Shown here: positions 55,807 through 64,000 of the stretch, in pieces | Layout of the letters: each line of letters starts with the position of its first letter | Position numbering within the stretch: the first letter of the stretch is position 1 | Source: Acidimicrobiia bacterium | GTDB lineage: Bacteria; Actinomycetota; Acidimicrobiia; IMCC26256; PALSA-555 | Direction: 5' to 3' | Length of the DNA: 64,000 nt | Assembly (NCBI GenBank): GCA_051986275.1 | Contig: JBPYDT010000060.1 | Location: 24,838-88,837, forward strand | Translations under genes and position numbers: made by a program | The notes under the pieces: generated by a model | What the model was told of the DNA's origin: nothing | Seen by the model: the letters and a program-made list of their open reading frames with translations, nothing else | The model's database searches: none

Positions 55807-56169
55807 GTGGCCGACGACGACGGGCTCGTCATCCTCGACGAGGACGGGGAGGAGCTCCACCTCGGCGACGACGAGGCCGCGACGCTGCTCACCCTGGCTC
55901 GGGGCTTCGACGCGGCCACGGTGTCGGCGTGCCCGTCGTGCCGGAGCCGAGTCCTGGCCTGCGTGGCCCTTGTCGACCTGCTGCGCGACGCGCCGCCGCA
56001 CCCGCGGATCTCCGAGCTGGTCGAGCTCGCCGAGGATGCCCCGACCCTGCACCTGTACGTCCACGACCTGGGCACGACGTGCGGCCACCGGATGTGGCGA
56101 GACCCCGGGTTCGTCGAGTGGTCGGAGGTGTTGGAGGAGTTCGCCGAGGCGCGGCGGGGGTTGCGCTAG
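55807..56169 (+). CDS. Hypothetical acidic protein (120 aa) with CPSC and C-x-H motifs
   Basis: GTG start and high GC3. No family recognised. Confidence 0.5.
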   Translation: MADDDGLVILDEDGEELHLGDDEAATLLTLARGFDAATVSACPSCRSRVLACVALVDLLRDAPPHPRISELVELAEDAPTLHLYVHDLGTTCGHRMWRDPGFVEWSEVLEEFAEARRGLR

Positions 56170-56768
56170 CGCGGCAGCCGGGTGCGCTTGAACTCGTTGA
56201 GGCGCGTCCAGTCGAGGAGCTCCATGGCCCGTTCGAGGTCGTCCACGCGGCCGCGCTCCATGAAGCGGATGAACACCGCCTCGTCGCCCTCGATGAAGGT
56301 CGGCACCCCGAACACGTCGAAGTCGTCGACCGCCTGGCTGTGCTCGGCGGCCAGCGTCTTCAGCGGCCGGCCGCTCCACACCTCGTCGCCGACGGCGCCC
56401 GGGTCCAGGCCGACCGAGGCGACGGTGTCGCGCAGCACGCCCTCGTCGTCGAGGTGGAGGCCCTGGTCGTGGCGGGCGGCGAACAGCGCGACGTGCGCGT
56501 CGAGGAACCGCTCGGGGAACGCGTCGCGGACGGCGAGGCCGTAGAGGAGGGCGAGGACACCCGTGCCCCACTCGTCCGGCTCGCGGTCCCACACGGGGAC
56601 CTCCCCTTCGTCGACGTGCACCTGGTCGAGCGAGAACGCCTGGTAGCGCCACTCGACGCCGGGGATCACGTGCGCCTGCTGTGCCGCGACGACGGCCTCG
56701 TGCGCGTTGCGGGCGAAGGGGCACCGGTAGTCGAAGGTGACGGCGATGTGACGAGGCACGCGCGTCAC
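56166..56768 (-). CDS. DsbA/thioredoxin-fold family protein with a single-Cys CPFA site
   Basis: GTG 56768 in a GTGA overlap with the PAP2 stop. IAVTFDYRCPFARNAHE and VFGVPTF motifs. Confidence 0.75.
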   Translation of the reverse strand: MTRVPRHIAVTFDYRCPFARNAHEAVVAAQQAHVIPGVEWRYQAFSLDQVHVDEGEVPVWDREPDEWGTGVLALLYGLAVRDAFPERFLDAHVALFAARHDQGLHLDDEGVLRDTVASVGLDPGAVGDEVWSGRPLKTLAAEHSQAVDDFDVFGVPTFIEGDEAVFIRFMERGRVDDLERAMELLDWTRLNEFKRTRLPR

Positions 56769-57289
56769 CGTACCAGCCGTCTCGCGACCCTCCCGAGAGC
56801 GAGGCCGAGTGCCACACCCGCCACCGCGTCGGACGCGTGATGGACGCGTGTATACACGCGACTCGCGGTGATGGTCGTCGCCAAGCCGTAGTAGAGGGGC
56901 GCCAGCTTGCTGCCGCGTGACAGCACGGCGGCCGCGGTGAACGCAGTCACCGCGTGACCCGAGGGGAACGACGAGGTGATCGGTCGCCGCATCTTGTGCG
57001 GGAGCGGCTCGTCGTGGACGAAGTGCTCCGGCGGTCGGACCCGGCCGAACACCAGCTTCACCGAGTTCGTCACGGCCGACTCTCCGACCAGCATCCCGAG
57101 ATAGCGACCGCCCCACGCCAGGTCGTTCCGGCGCAGCGTCCGCGCCGCGCCCAGGGCCACCCACACCAGCGCGTGGTCGGCCGCGCTGGACACGCCGTAC
57201 ATGAGGTCGTCGAGCGCGGCCGAGCGGCGAGGCGCGAGCCACTTCTCGATCCGCTCGTCGAACGCCGCGGCGCCCTCGGTGACGCGCAT
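56765..57289 (-). CDS. PAP2 superfamily phosphatase
   Basis: All three PAP2 motifs are present: KLVFGRVRP, PSGH and SRVYTRVHHASD. Confidence 0.85.
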   Translation of the reverse strand: MRVTEGAAAFDERIEKWLAPRRSAALDDLMYGVSSAADHALVWVALGAARTLRRNDLAWGGRYLGMLVGESAVTNSVKLVFGRVRPPEHFVHDEPLPHKMRRPITSSFPSGHAVTAFTAAAVLSRGSKLAPLYYGLATTITASRVYTRVHHASDAVAGVALGLALGRVARRLVR

Positions 57290-57333
57290 CGGGTGGCGAG
57301 CCTACCGGCGACCGGTTCGCCGTCGACGCGGCG

Positions 57334-58161
57334 TCAGCCGAGCGGCAGCGTCTGCGCGATCACGGTGCCCGGCCCGCGCAGCTCCAGGGCATCGTGGGGG
57401 TCGCCGCCGTATGCCGGGCAGTACGGCCGGAAGGTGCAGAAGTCGCACAGCCGGCTCGTCCGCGGGCGGAAGTCATCACGTGCGCACGCCTGCTCGATCG
57501 CCGTCCAGAGCGCGACGGTGCGTCGCGCCAGCCCCTGGCTGGACTGGTCGCTCGGCCGGGCGATGATCGCCTCGGGCTTGGACAAGTAGAGGAGCTGCAC
57601 CTGCTCGGGTCGCTTCCCGAAGTTCTGCTCGCACAGCAGCGAGTACATGTGGACGCCGGCGAGGCTCTTGGCCTCGTAGAACTCGGACGGCACGGCGCCG
57701 GTCTTGTAGTCGGTGACCACGAGCTCGCCGTCGACGAGGTCAAGACGGTCGATGACGCCACGGATCCGCACCCCGCCGACCTTGGCCTCCAGGCGCAGCT
57801 CGAGACCGATCGGGTGGACGCGCTGGGGGTCTTCGAGGCGGAAGTACCGGCGGAGGAGCTCCTCGGAGTCGCGGTCGAACTGCTCCCGCTCCTCCTCGGT
57901 CAGCTCGAGCGACGCGAACTCGGCGTCCGCGGCGAGGGCGACGCGCGCCCGGTCGAGATCGGCGAACGCCGCGTCGATGGTGCGGTCGTCAGCGGGCCGG
58001 TCGAGCAGGTACTGCAGCGCCAGGTGCACCAGCGTGCCCTTCGCCGTCCACACCGACGGCGGCTCCGGGAGCCGGTCGACGTAGGCGAAGCGGAAGGCGA
58101 GCGGGCACTCCTTGAACGCCGAGATCGAGCTCGGAGACAGGGCGTAAGGAAGCGAAGCCAT
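57334..58161 (-). CDS. PD-(D/E)XK nuclease (RecB/Cas4-like) with a C-terminal Cys cluster
   Basis: ATG 58161. C20 near the N-terminus (FKECPLAF), IDRLD...VVTDYKTG, and a C-terminal CDFCTFRPYC. Confidence 0.8.
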   Translation of the reverse strand: MASLPYALSPSSISAFKECPLAFRFAYVDRLPEPPSVWTAKGTLVHLALQYLLDRPADDRTIDAAFADLDRARVALAADAEFASLELTEEEREQFDRDSEELLRRYFRLEDPQRVHPIGLELRLEAKVGGVRIRGVIDRLDLVDGELVVTDYKTGAVPSEFYEAKSLAGVHMYSLLCEQNFGKRPEQVQLLYLSKPEAIIARPSDQSSQGLARRTVALWTAIEQACARDDFRPRTSRLCDFCTFRPYCPAYGGDPHDALELRGPGTVIAQTLPLG

Positions 58162-58220
58162 CCTGGGCGGAGGGTAACGCCGGCGTGTGACAGCGCCGTG
58201 GATGTCGGCCCAGCCGGCGG

Positions 58221-58859
58221 CTACCGGCCTTCGGCCGGCGCCCCGAGGTCGTCCCCGTCGGGCGCCCGGACGAGCGAGACCGCCAGCCCGCCGGCGGCTA
58301 CCCCGATCGCGATCGCCGCCGCGGGGTCGGCCCACCACCAGCCGAGACTGTGCGTCGCCGCCACCCCGGCGAGGGTGACGGCCGCGAGGACGGCGCCGAC
58401 CGCCGAGAGGTGACTGTCGGCGAGCAGCGCGTGGCTGGGCAGGCGGCGGGCGACCCATCGCTTCCGCCACGCCAGGACCGTGAGCGTGCCGAGCGACGCG
58501 GCCGCCAGCGCGATCGCCGCCCACGACGCGTCGCCGCCCTGGTGGTGCACGAGCCGAACCGCACTCAGGACGGCGGTCGCGACGACCGCGAGGAGACCGA
58601 CCGTGATGAGCAGCAACGCGACGCGTTCGACGTGGTCGGCGCGGTGGTGGCCCGACCCGGCGAGCGCGAAGTGCGTGACGAGCGTGACGGACCCGGCGGC
58701 GTCCAAGAGGCCGACGACACCGAACGCGAGGAGCGCGACGCTGTGCTGCGCGAGGCCGATCCAAATGCCGGCGGTGCTCGCGGCCAGCGTCCACGCGCCC
58801 GCGACCGCCGACACCTCGAGCCCGCTGCGGAGGTGCGACGGCTGGCGCGCAGGACTCAT
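58221..58859 (-). CDS. Cation-efflux (CDF-like) transmembrane-domain protein
   Basis: 212 aa with about 5-6 TM segments and an ALLADSHLS-type motif. It lacks the cytoplasmic CDF C-terminal domain. Confidence 0.65.
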   Translation of the reverse strand: MSPARQPSHLRSGLEVSAVAGAWTLAASTAGIWIGLAQHSVALLAFGVVGLLDAAGSVTLVTHFALAGSGHHRADHVERVALLLITVGLLAVVATAVLSAVRLVHHQGGDASWAAIALAAASLGTLTVLAWRKRWVARRLPSHALLADSHLSAVGAVLAAVTLAGVAATHSLGWWWADPAAAIAIGVAAGGLAVSLVRAPDGDDLGAPAEGR

Positions 58860-58970
58860 CCCGTACTCCTGCCGACCAGACTTCCCGGCGCGCCTCGCTT
58901 GTCCGAGGCAGCCTAGGGGTGGTGCGGTGTCCCGCCCGGAGCTCCACGACCCCGGTTACGCTCCGCGGCG

Positions 58971-59981
58971 ATGAAGATCGACGGCGGACTGCCGACCGCC
59001 GCGCCGAACGAGGTGGCCCGCGTCGCGCGCGAGCTCGAGGACGTCGGCTACGACGGTGCGCTCACCGCCGAGACCTCGCACGACCCGTTCCTCCCGCTTG
59101 TCGCGGCGGCCGAGCACACCGAGCGGCTCGAGCTCGGGACGGGCATCGCCGTGGCGTTCGCGCGCAACCCCATGACGCTGGCGAACCTCGGCTATGACCT
59201 CCACGCCTACTCCCGTGGGCGCTTCCGCCTCGGGCTCGGGAGCCAGATCAAGGCGCACATCGAGAAGCGCTTCTCGATGCCCTGGTCGCATCCCGCGGCC
59301 CGCATGCGCGAGCTGGTGCTCGCCATCCGCGCGATCTGGGCGTCCTGGAACGACGGCGTCCCGCTGCAGTTCCGGGGCGAGTTCTACCGCCACACGCTCA
59401 TGACGCCCTTCTTCAATCCCGGGCCCAACCCGTACGGGACGCCGAAGATCATCCTGGCCGCCGTCGGTGAGCGGATGACCGAGGTGGCCGGCGAGGTCGC
59501 CGACGGGATCATCCTGCACGGCTTCACGACGGAGCGCTACGTGCGGGAGGTGACGATGCCGGCGCTCGAGCGCGGCTTCGCGCGCGGCGGCCGGCGACGC
59601 GAGGACTTCGAGATCTCCGGCCCGCTCTTCGTCGTGACCGGCACGAGCGATGAGCAGCTCGAGAAGGCCTGCACCGGCACGAAGCAGCAGATCGCGTTCT
59701 ACGGCTCCACGCCGGCGTACCGGCCGGTGCTTGAGCTCCACGGGTGGGGTGGGCTCCAAGACGAGCTGAACGCCATGTCCAAGCGCGGCGAGTGGCAGGC
59801 GATGGGCGAATCGATCACCGACGAGATGCTCGAGACGTTCGCCGTGGTCACGTCACCCGAGGAGATCCCGACCCAGATGCTGGCGCGGTTCGGGGACCTC
59901 CTGGACCGGCTGAGCTTCTACGCGCCCTACCAGAGCGACCCCGACCGCTGGCAGGGGATCTTCGCGGGATTCCGCGCCTGA
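58971..59981 (+). CDS. LLM-class F420-dependent oxidoreductase (TIGR03617-like)
   Basis: 336 aa with a luciferase-like TIM-barrel pattern: ELEDVGYDGALTAETSHDPF, LGLGSQIKAHIEKRF. Confidence 0.85.
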   Translation: MKIDGGLPTAAPNEVARVARELEDVGYDGALTAETSHDPFLPLVAAAEHTERLELGTGIAVAFARNPMTLANLGYDLHAYSRGRFRLGLGSQIKAHIEKRFSMPWSHPAARMRELVLAIRAIWASWNDGVPLQFRGEFYRHTLMTPFFNPGPNPYGTPKIILAAVGERMTEVAGEVADGIILHGFTTERYVREVTMPALERGFARGGRRREDFEISGPLFVVTGTSDEQLEKACTGTKQQIAFYGSTPAYRPVLELHGWGGLQDELNAMSKRGEWQAMGESITDEMLETFAVVTSPEEIPTQMLARFGDLLDRLSFYAPYQSDPDRWQGIFAGFRA

Positions 59982-60338
59982 CGGCTGCCCCGTGTGCGAA
60001 GGGCGGCTCCTGCCCGCGCCCGGGCGGGTGGGCACGAGCGGAGCCGCCGTACCCACCCTAACCACGGGACCCACTTGCGATATTCCGCGGGCCTGGTCCG
60101 CCCGCCGGACGAGCTCGAGGCTCCGCCGGCATCGGCCTCATGGGCTCCCGCCCGGCGCCAGAGCGCGCTGCGTGGTCGACCGGCCGCGCCGGCATACAAG
60201 ACGCAAGCCGGAACAAAGGGGTCGCGCGGGTCCGGAGACTGGCCAGGTGCGGCGTGATGGTGCAAGGGTGCCGCCGACCACGACAGCCACGCGGGGCGCG
60301 ATAGCGGCTGTCGAGTTGACGAACCCAGAGGGGGACAC

Positions 60339-61001
60339 ATGGAAGATGCCAAGACTGTGCGGCTCTGCGCGCTCGCAGGGCTCGCCTTCGTCGTCCTGAT
60401 CGTCGTGTCGGGACCCGTGCTGCAAAGCGGCTCGCCGTCGCTGACCGACTCGTCGGCGAAGATGTTCCATTACATCTTCACGCACGTCGGCAAGCTGAAG
60501 GCATCGGGCGCGCTCAGCGGATTCGCGATGGCCGCAATCCTCGTGTGGCTCGCAGCCCATTACAGCGCGCTGCGCAAGGCCGAGGGTGGCCACGCCGGTT
60601 TCGCGCCGGCGGCGCTCGCCGGCGGCATCGTGGCGGCGGCCTCGACGATCGTCGGAGGCGCGGTTCTCGCAGTGACCGCGCTGCGGATCCACGACCTCAC
60701 CGCGGTCGAGGCGCGGTTCTTCTGGACCCTCCAGGTGTTCATGACCGGCGGCGTCCTCGTGGGACTCACGATCCTGGTGGGCGCGTCCGCAGTGGTGTTC
60801 CTCAACACCGGGATCTACGGGCGCTGGTTTACATGGGTCAGCGCGGCGCTCGCCGTCCTCGACCTGGTCGGCATCCTCGCGCTCGCGTACGCCAACGGAG
60901 CCGTCGAGGCGATCATGGTCATCGGCCTCTCGTTGACGATCATCTGGATCCTCGTGATCAGCGTCATGCTGTGGCGCAAGCCGGAGCTGGCCATCATCTG
61001 A
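60339..61001 (+). CDS. Integral membrane protein, function unknown
   Basis: ATG follows agaggggg. 220 aa with about 6 hydrophobic helices. Confidence 0.7.
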   Translation: MEDAKTVRLCALAGLAFVVLIVVSGPVLQSGSPSLTDSSAKMFHYIFTHVGKLKASGALSGFAMAAILVWLAAHYSALRKAEGGHAGFAPAALAGGIVAAASTIVGGAVLAVTALRIHDLTAVEARFFWTLQVFMTGGVLVGLTILVGASAVVFLNTGIYGRWFTWVSAALAVLDLVGILALAYANGAVEAIMVIGLSLTIIWILVISVMLWRKPELAII

Positions 61002-61116
61002 TCGGTGCGCGGGGGTGGCCCGGGCGTGTTGCGCCCGGGCCACCGCCGACACCTCCGGCGGGCCGGAGACTTCAAGCGGTCCTATGCTCCGGGCTCGGCC
61101 GCGACCAGGAGGGTGC

Positions 61117-61995
61117 GTGCGCGTCGGGGTGTTCTTGCCGAGTGTGAGCCCGGTCGCGACGCCCGAGTTCCTGGCCGCGTTCGCCGCGTCGGCCGAGGCG
61201 GCGGGGTTCGCGTCGATCTGGGTGGGGGAGCACGTCGTGTTCCTTGACGAGTACGTGTCCCGCTACCCGTACTCCGACGACGGCCGCGTCGGGTTGCCGC
61301 CCGAGAGCGGCATGCTCGAGCTGTTCACCACGCTGACGTTCCTCGCGGCCGCGACGACGCGGATCCGCGTCGGGACGGCGGTGTGCCTCGTGCCGCAACG
61401 CAACCCCGTGTACACCGCCAAGTCGGTCGCGACGGCGGATTGGCTCTCGGGGGGCCGGGTCGACTTCGGGGTCGGCATCGGCTGGCTTCGCGAGGAGTTC
61501 GCGGTCCTCGACATGCCGTTCGAGCAGCGGGCCGCGGTGAACGCCGAGTACCTGGCGGTGATGCGGTCCTGCTGGGAGGACGAGGTGTCGTCCTACGAGG
61601 GCGAGCACTACACCCTGCCGCCGTGTCGGATGAACCCGAAGCCCGTGCAGCAGCCCCACCCGCCGATCTACTTCGGCGGCGAGACCGACGCCGCGCTCCG
61701 GCGCGTGGCGCGCTACGGCGACGGCTGGCACGGCTTCAACCACCTGCCGGACTCGGCGGGCGCGTCCGTCCGGCGCCTCGAGCGGTTCTTGGCCGACGAG
61801 GGTCGCGGGCTCGCGGACGTCGACGTGACCGTCGGGGCGTACCTGCAGCCCGTGCAGCCGTCGCACCTCCCGGCCTACCGTGACGCAGGCGTCGACCAGC
61901 TCGTCCTGAGCGCCTTCGCCGCGGATGCTGGCGGCATCCGCTCGGTGCTCGGCGCGCTCGGCGACCAGTACGTCGACGCGGCGGCCCGGCTCTGA
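61117..61995 (+). CDS. LLM-class F420-dependent oxidoreductase (TIGR03619-like)
   Basis: GTG 61117 follows aggaggg. VRVGVFLP...FASIWVGEHVVF...PPIYFGGETDAALRRVARYGDGW. Confidence 0.85.
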   Translation: MRVGVFLPSVSPVATPEFLAAFAASAEAAGFASIWVGEHVVFLDEYVSRYPYSDDGRVGLPPESGMLELFTTLTFLAAATTRIRVGTAVCLVPQRNPVYTAKSVATADWLSGGRVDFGVGIGWLREEFAVLDMPFEQRAAVNAEYLAVMRSCWEDEVSSYEGEHYTLPPCRMNPKPVQQPHPPIYFGGETDAALRRVARYGDGWHGFNHLPDSAGASVRRLERFLADEGRGLADVDVTVGAYLQPVQPSHLPAYRDAGVDQLVLSAFAADAGGIRSVLGALGDQYVDAAARL

Positions 61996-62027
61996 CGGGC
62001 CGCCCGCAAAAAGATGAAGGAGGCTCG

Positions 62028-62351
62028 ATGAGTCCGGACCGCAAGCTCGGCGACGTGGCGACCAAGCCACTGTTCGAGAACGACCGGGTCAAGGTGTGGG
62101 AGATGGAGCTCGACCCTGGCGAGAGCTCGGACGTCCACGAGCACCGCCGCGACTACCTGCTGATCCAGCTCGAGGGCGACAAGATCGCCGGCATCTTCGA
62201 GCCGGACACGGGCGGCGCCTACCCGCCCGGGACCGTCGAGGGCGACGTCGCGCCCGGCGCCGTCATGTACATCGAACGGGGCGGGATCGAGACGGCGAAG
62301 AACATCGGCACGAAGCGCTACCGGGAGATCCTCGTCGAGCTCAAGGATTGA
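62028..62351 (+). CDS. Cupin domain protein
   Basis: ATG follows gaaggagg. 107 aa with a G(x)5HxH-type block (ESSDVHEHRRDY). Confidence 0.85.
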   Translation: MSPDRKLGDVATKPLFENDRVKVWEMELDPGESSDVHEHRRDYLLIQLEGDKIAGIFEPDTGGAYPPGTVEGDVAPGAVMYIERGGIETAKNIGTKRYREILVELKD

Positions 62352-63424
62352 CCGAGCCCGCGCCCCTCGCCGGGCTCCGGGTCCTCGAGGTCGCGACCCT
62401 CTACGCGGCGCCCCAGGTCGGGGCGATGCTCGGCGACCTCGGCGCGGACGTCGTGAAGATCGAGCCGCCCGGCGGTGACCCGATGCGCCGGATGGGGGTC
62501 ATGCGCGACGGGACGTCGCGCACCTGGGCGTGGGTGGCCCGCCACAAGCGCTCCATCGTGCTCGACCTCGACGCCGAGGAGGACCGCGCCACCTTCCAGG
62601 CGCTGGTGCGCGCCGCCGACGTGCTCGTCGAGAACCTCCCGCCGTCCGTCCGGTCCCGGTGGGGATGCGGCTACGAGCAGCTCGCCGCCCTGAACCCGGC
62701 CCTCGTCGTCGTGGCGGTGAGCTGCTACGGGCTCACCGGGCCGTACGCCGACCGACCGGGTGCGGGGACCCTCGCCGAGGCGTTCGGCGGTCTCGCCGAC
62801 CTCACGGGCGAACCGGGCGGCCCGCCGACGCTCGCCTCCGTGCCGCTCGGCGACACGCTCACCGCGTTCTCCGGCGTCATCGGCGCGCTGGCTGGCTGCT
62901 GGGCGAGCGAACGGGGCGGCCCAGGGCGACTCGTCGACGTCACCATGTACGAGCCGATCCTCATGGTGCTGGGCGGGACGATCGCGGCCTACGACCCAGC
63001 GGACCCGCCGCACCGGTCGGGCAGCCGGGTGCGCGGCGGCGCGCCTCGCAACGTGTACCGCACCCGCGACGGCGCGTACCTCGCCGTGTCGGGCACGACG
63101 GACCCGCAGGTGGCGCGCTTGCTCGTCCTCTTGGGTCGCGACACCGAGGTCGACCGGGCGCGCTTCGGTCGGGCCGCCGACCGGGTGCAGGTCGCCGACG
63201 AGCTCGACGCGCTGGTGGCGTCGTTCATCGCGACGCACGACCGCGACGACGTGCTCGCCCGCTTCCTCGACGCCCGAATCCCGATCGCCCCGGTGCTCGA
63301 CGTCGCCGCGGTGCTGGTCGACGAGCACATCCGGGCCCGGAGCAGCCTCCGGCCGATGCTCGAGGCGCGCGGCCCCGACCTCGACGGGGACCGCGCGGCC
63401 GTGATGGCCGACTGGCTCGGCTGA
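62348..63424 (+). CDS. CoA-transferase family III (CaiB/BaiF) protein
   Basis: LAGLRVLEVATLYAAPQVGAMLGDLGADVVKIEPPGGD is the canonical N-terminus. TTG 62348 overlaps the cupin stop, and the start is uncertain. Confidence 0.85.
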   Translation: MTEPAPLAGLRVLEVATLYAAPQVGAMLGDLGADVVKIEPPGGDPMRRMGVMRDGTSRTWAWVARHKRSIVLDLDAEEDRATFQALVRAADVLVENLPPSVRSRWGCGYEQLAALNPALVVVAVSCYGLTGPYADRPGAGTLAEAFGGLADLTGEPGGPPTLASVPLGDTLTAFSGVIGALAGCWASERGGPGRLVDVTMYEPILMVLGGTIAAYDPADPPHRSGSRVRGGAPRNVYRTRDGAYLAVSGTTDPQVARLLVLLGRDTEVDRARFGRAADRVQVADELDALVASFIATHDRDDVLARFLDARIPIAPVLDVAAVLVDEHIRARSSLRPMLEARGPDLDGDRAAVMADWLG

Positions 63425-63425
63425 C

Positions 63426-64000
63426 TCAGCCCAGCTCGTTGCCGACGATGCCCACGAAGCTGACCATCTCTCCCGGGTAGCCCCCGAGGTTGTGCGTGAG
63501 GGCGAGGCCCCGGTCGGCGGTCGTGATGCGCCGCTCCTCGGGGGCCTCGCCGCGCAGCTGCAGCCAGGCCTCGAAGAACATCCGTAGCCCCGAGGCGCCC
63601 ACGGGGTGGCCGAAGCTCTTGAGGCCGCCGTCGGGGTTGACCGGCAGGTCCCCGGCGAGGTCGAAGGTGCCGGCGAGCACCTCCTTCCACGCCGTGCCGC
63701 GCTCGGCGAACCCGAGGTCCTCGTAGATGAGGAGCTCCGCCGGGGTGAAGCAGTCGTGGACCTCCGCCATCGAGATCTGCGTGCGCGGGTCGGTCACGCC
63801 GGCCTGCGCGTAGGCGTCGTCGCCCGCCGCGTTGATCTCGGGGAACCACGTGTAGTCGTAGTCGGGGTCGGCGTTGCCCGACGCGTTGCCCGCCACGAAG
63901 GACAACGCCTTGATGTAGAGCGGCTTGTCGGTGTAGCGGTGGGCGTCCTCGGCGCGCACGACGATCGCGGCCGCGCTGCCGTCGGCGACGCCGGAGCAGT
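63426..64000 (-). CDS. Thiolase-like / lipid-transfer (SCPx-type) protein, C-terminal part; gene continues past the window end
   Basis: NPDGGLKSFGHPVGASGLRM and HNLGG motifs. The frame stays open upstream of 63959 (..CSGVADGSAAAIVV). Confidence 0.85.
   Translation of the reverse strand, partial: CSGVADGSAAAIVVRAEDAHRYTDKPLYIKALSFVAGNASGNADPDYDYTWFPEINAAGDDAYAQAGVTDPRTQISMAEVHDCFTPAELLIYEDLGFAERGTAWKEVLAGTFDLAGDLPVNPDGGLKSFGHPVGASGLRMFFEAWLQLRGEAPEERRITTADRGLALTHNLGGYPGEMVSFVGIVGNELG

Noticed and set aside
60251-60290. GGCGTGATGGTG...TGCCGCC, reminiscent of a fluoride (crcB) riboswitch upstream of a membrane protein.
   Set aside because: The downstream conserved elements and the pseudoknot partner of the crcB motif are not present. 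The resemblance is limited to a few bases.

Overview
This is a very GC-rich chromosomal segment; third codon positions are almost all G/C. It most likely comes from an Actinomycetota genome. The taxon markers are the mycothiol S-conjugate amidase Mca, FbiD plus four F420-type enzymes, a LexA-boxed imuA'-imuB / dnaE2 mutasome, a polyphosphate-glucokinase-like ROK protein, HU, and gltX followed by tRNA-Gln and tRNA-Glu. I can support about 62 protein genes and 2 tRNAs. The genes are tightly packed, with many 1-11 nt start/stop overlaps.

Layout:
- 1-18.2 kb: a catabolic cluster with a BVMO-like flavoprotein, epoxide hydrolase, D-aminoacylase, amidohydrolase, VOC protein, AKR, five SDRs, two P450s, an acyl-CoA dehydrogenase, an orphan Mo-hydroxylase large subunit and two TetR genes, one of which is a tandem double TetR.
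- 18-35 kb: housekeeping genes, including gltX, the tRNAs, hup, fbiD, plsC-gpsA, a GH38 mannosidase, rpiB and rnhB.
- 35.5-42.4 kb: the SOS mutasome.
- 42-64 kb: mixed transport, lipid and redox genes, including a P-type ATPase, VIT, an ACAD-cyclase pair, S33 peptidase, mca, thiolases, F420 LLM oxidoreductases and a CoA-transferase.

I found no rRNA, CRISPR array, transposase, integrase, phage gene or recognisable defence gene, and I do not see a clear-cut new multi-gene system. The most unusual things I can support are:
1. An HU gene followed by a separately encoded histone-H1/HupB-tail-like polybasic repeat protein.
2. A single-chain tandem TetR, together with a non-palindromic motif CTAAC-N4-GTGTCAC recurring in three divergent promoter regions of the catabolic cluster.
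3. Two paralogous class III cyclases, each translationally coupled by a TGATG overlap to the end of a lipid-metabolism operon.

All functional calls come from reading motifs in the supplied translations by eye. No database search was run.
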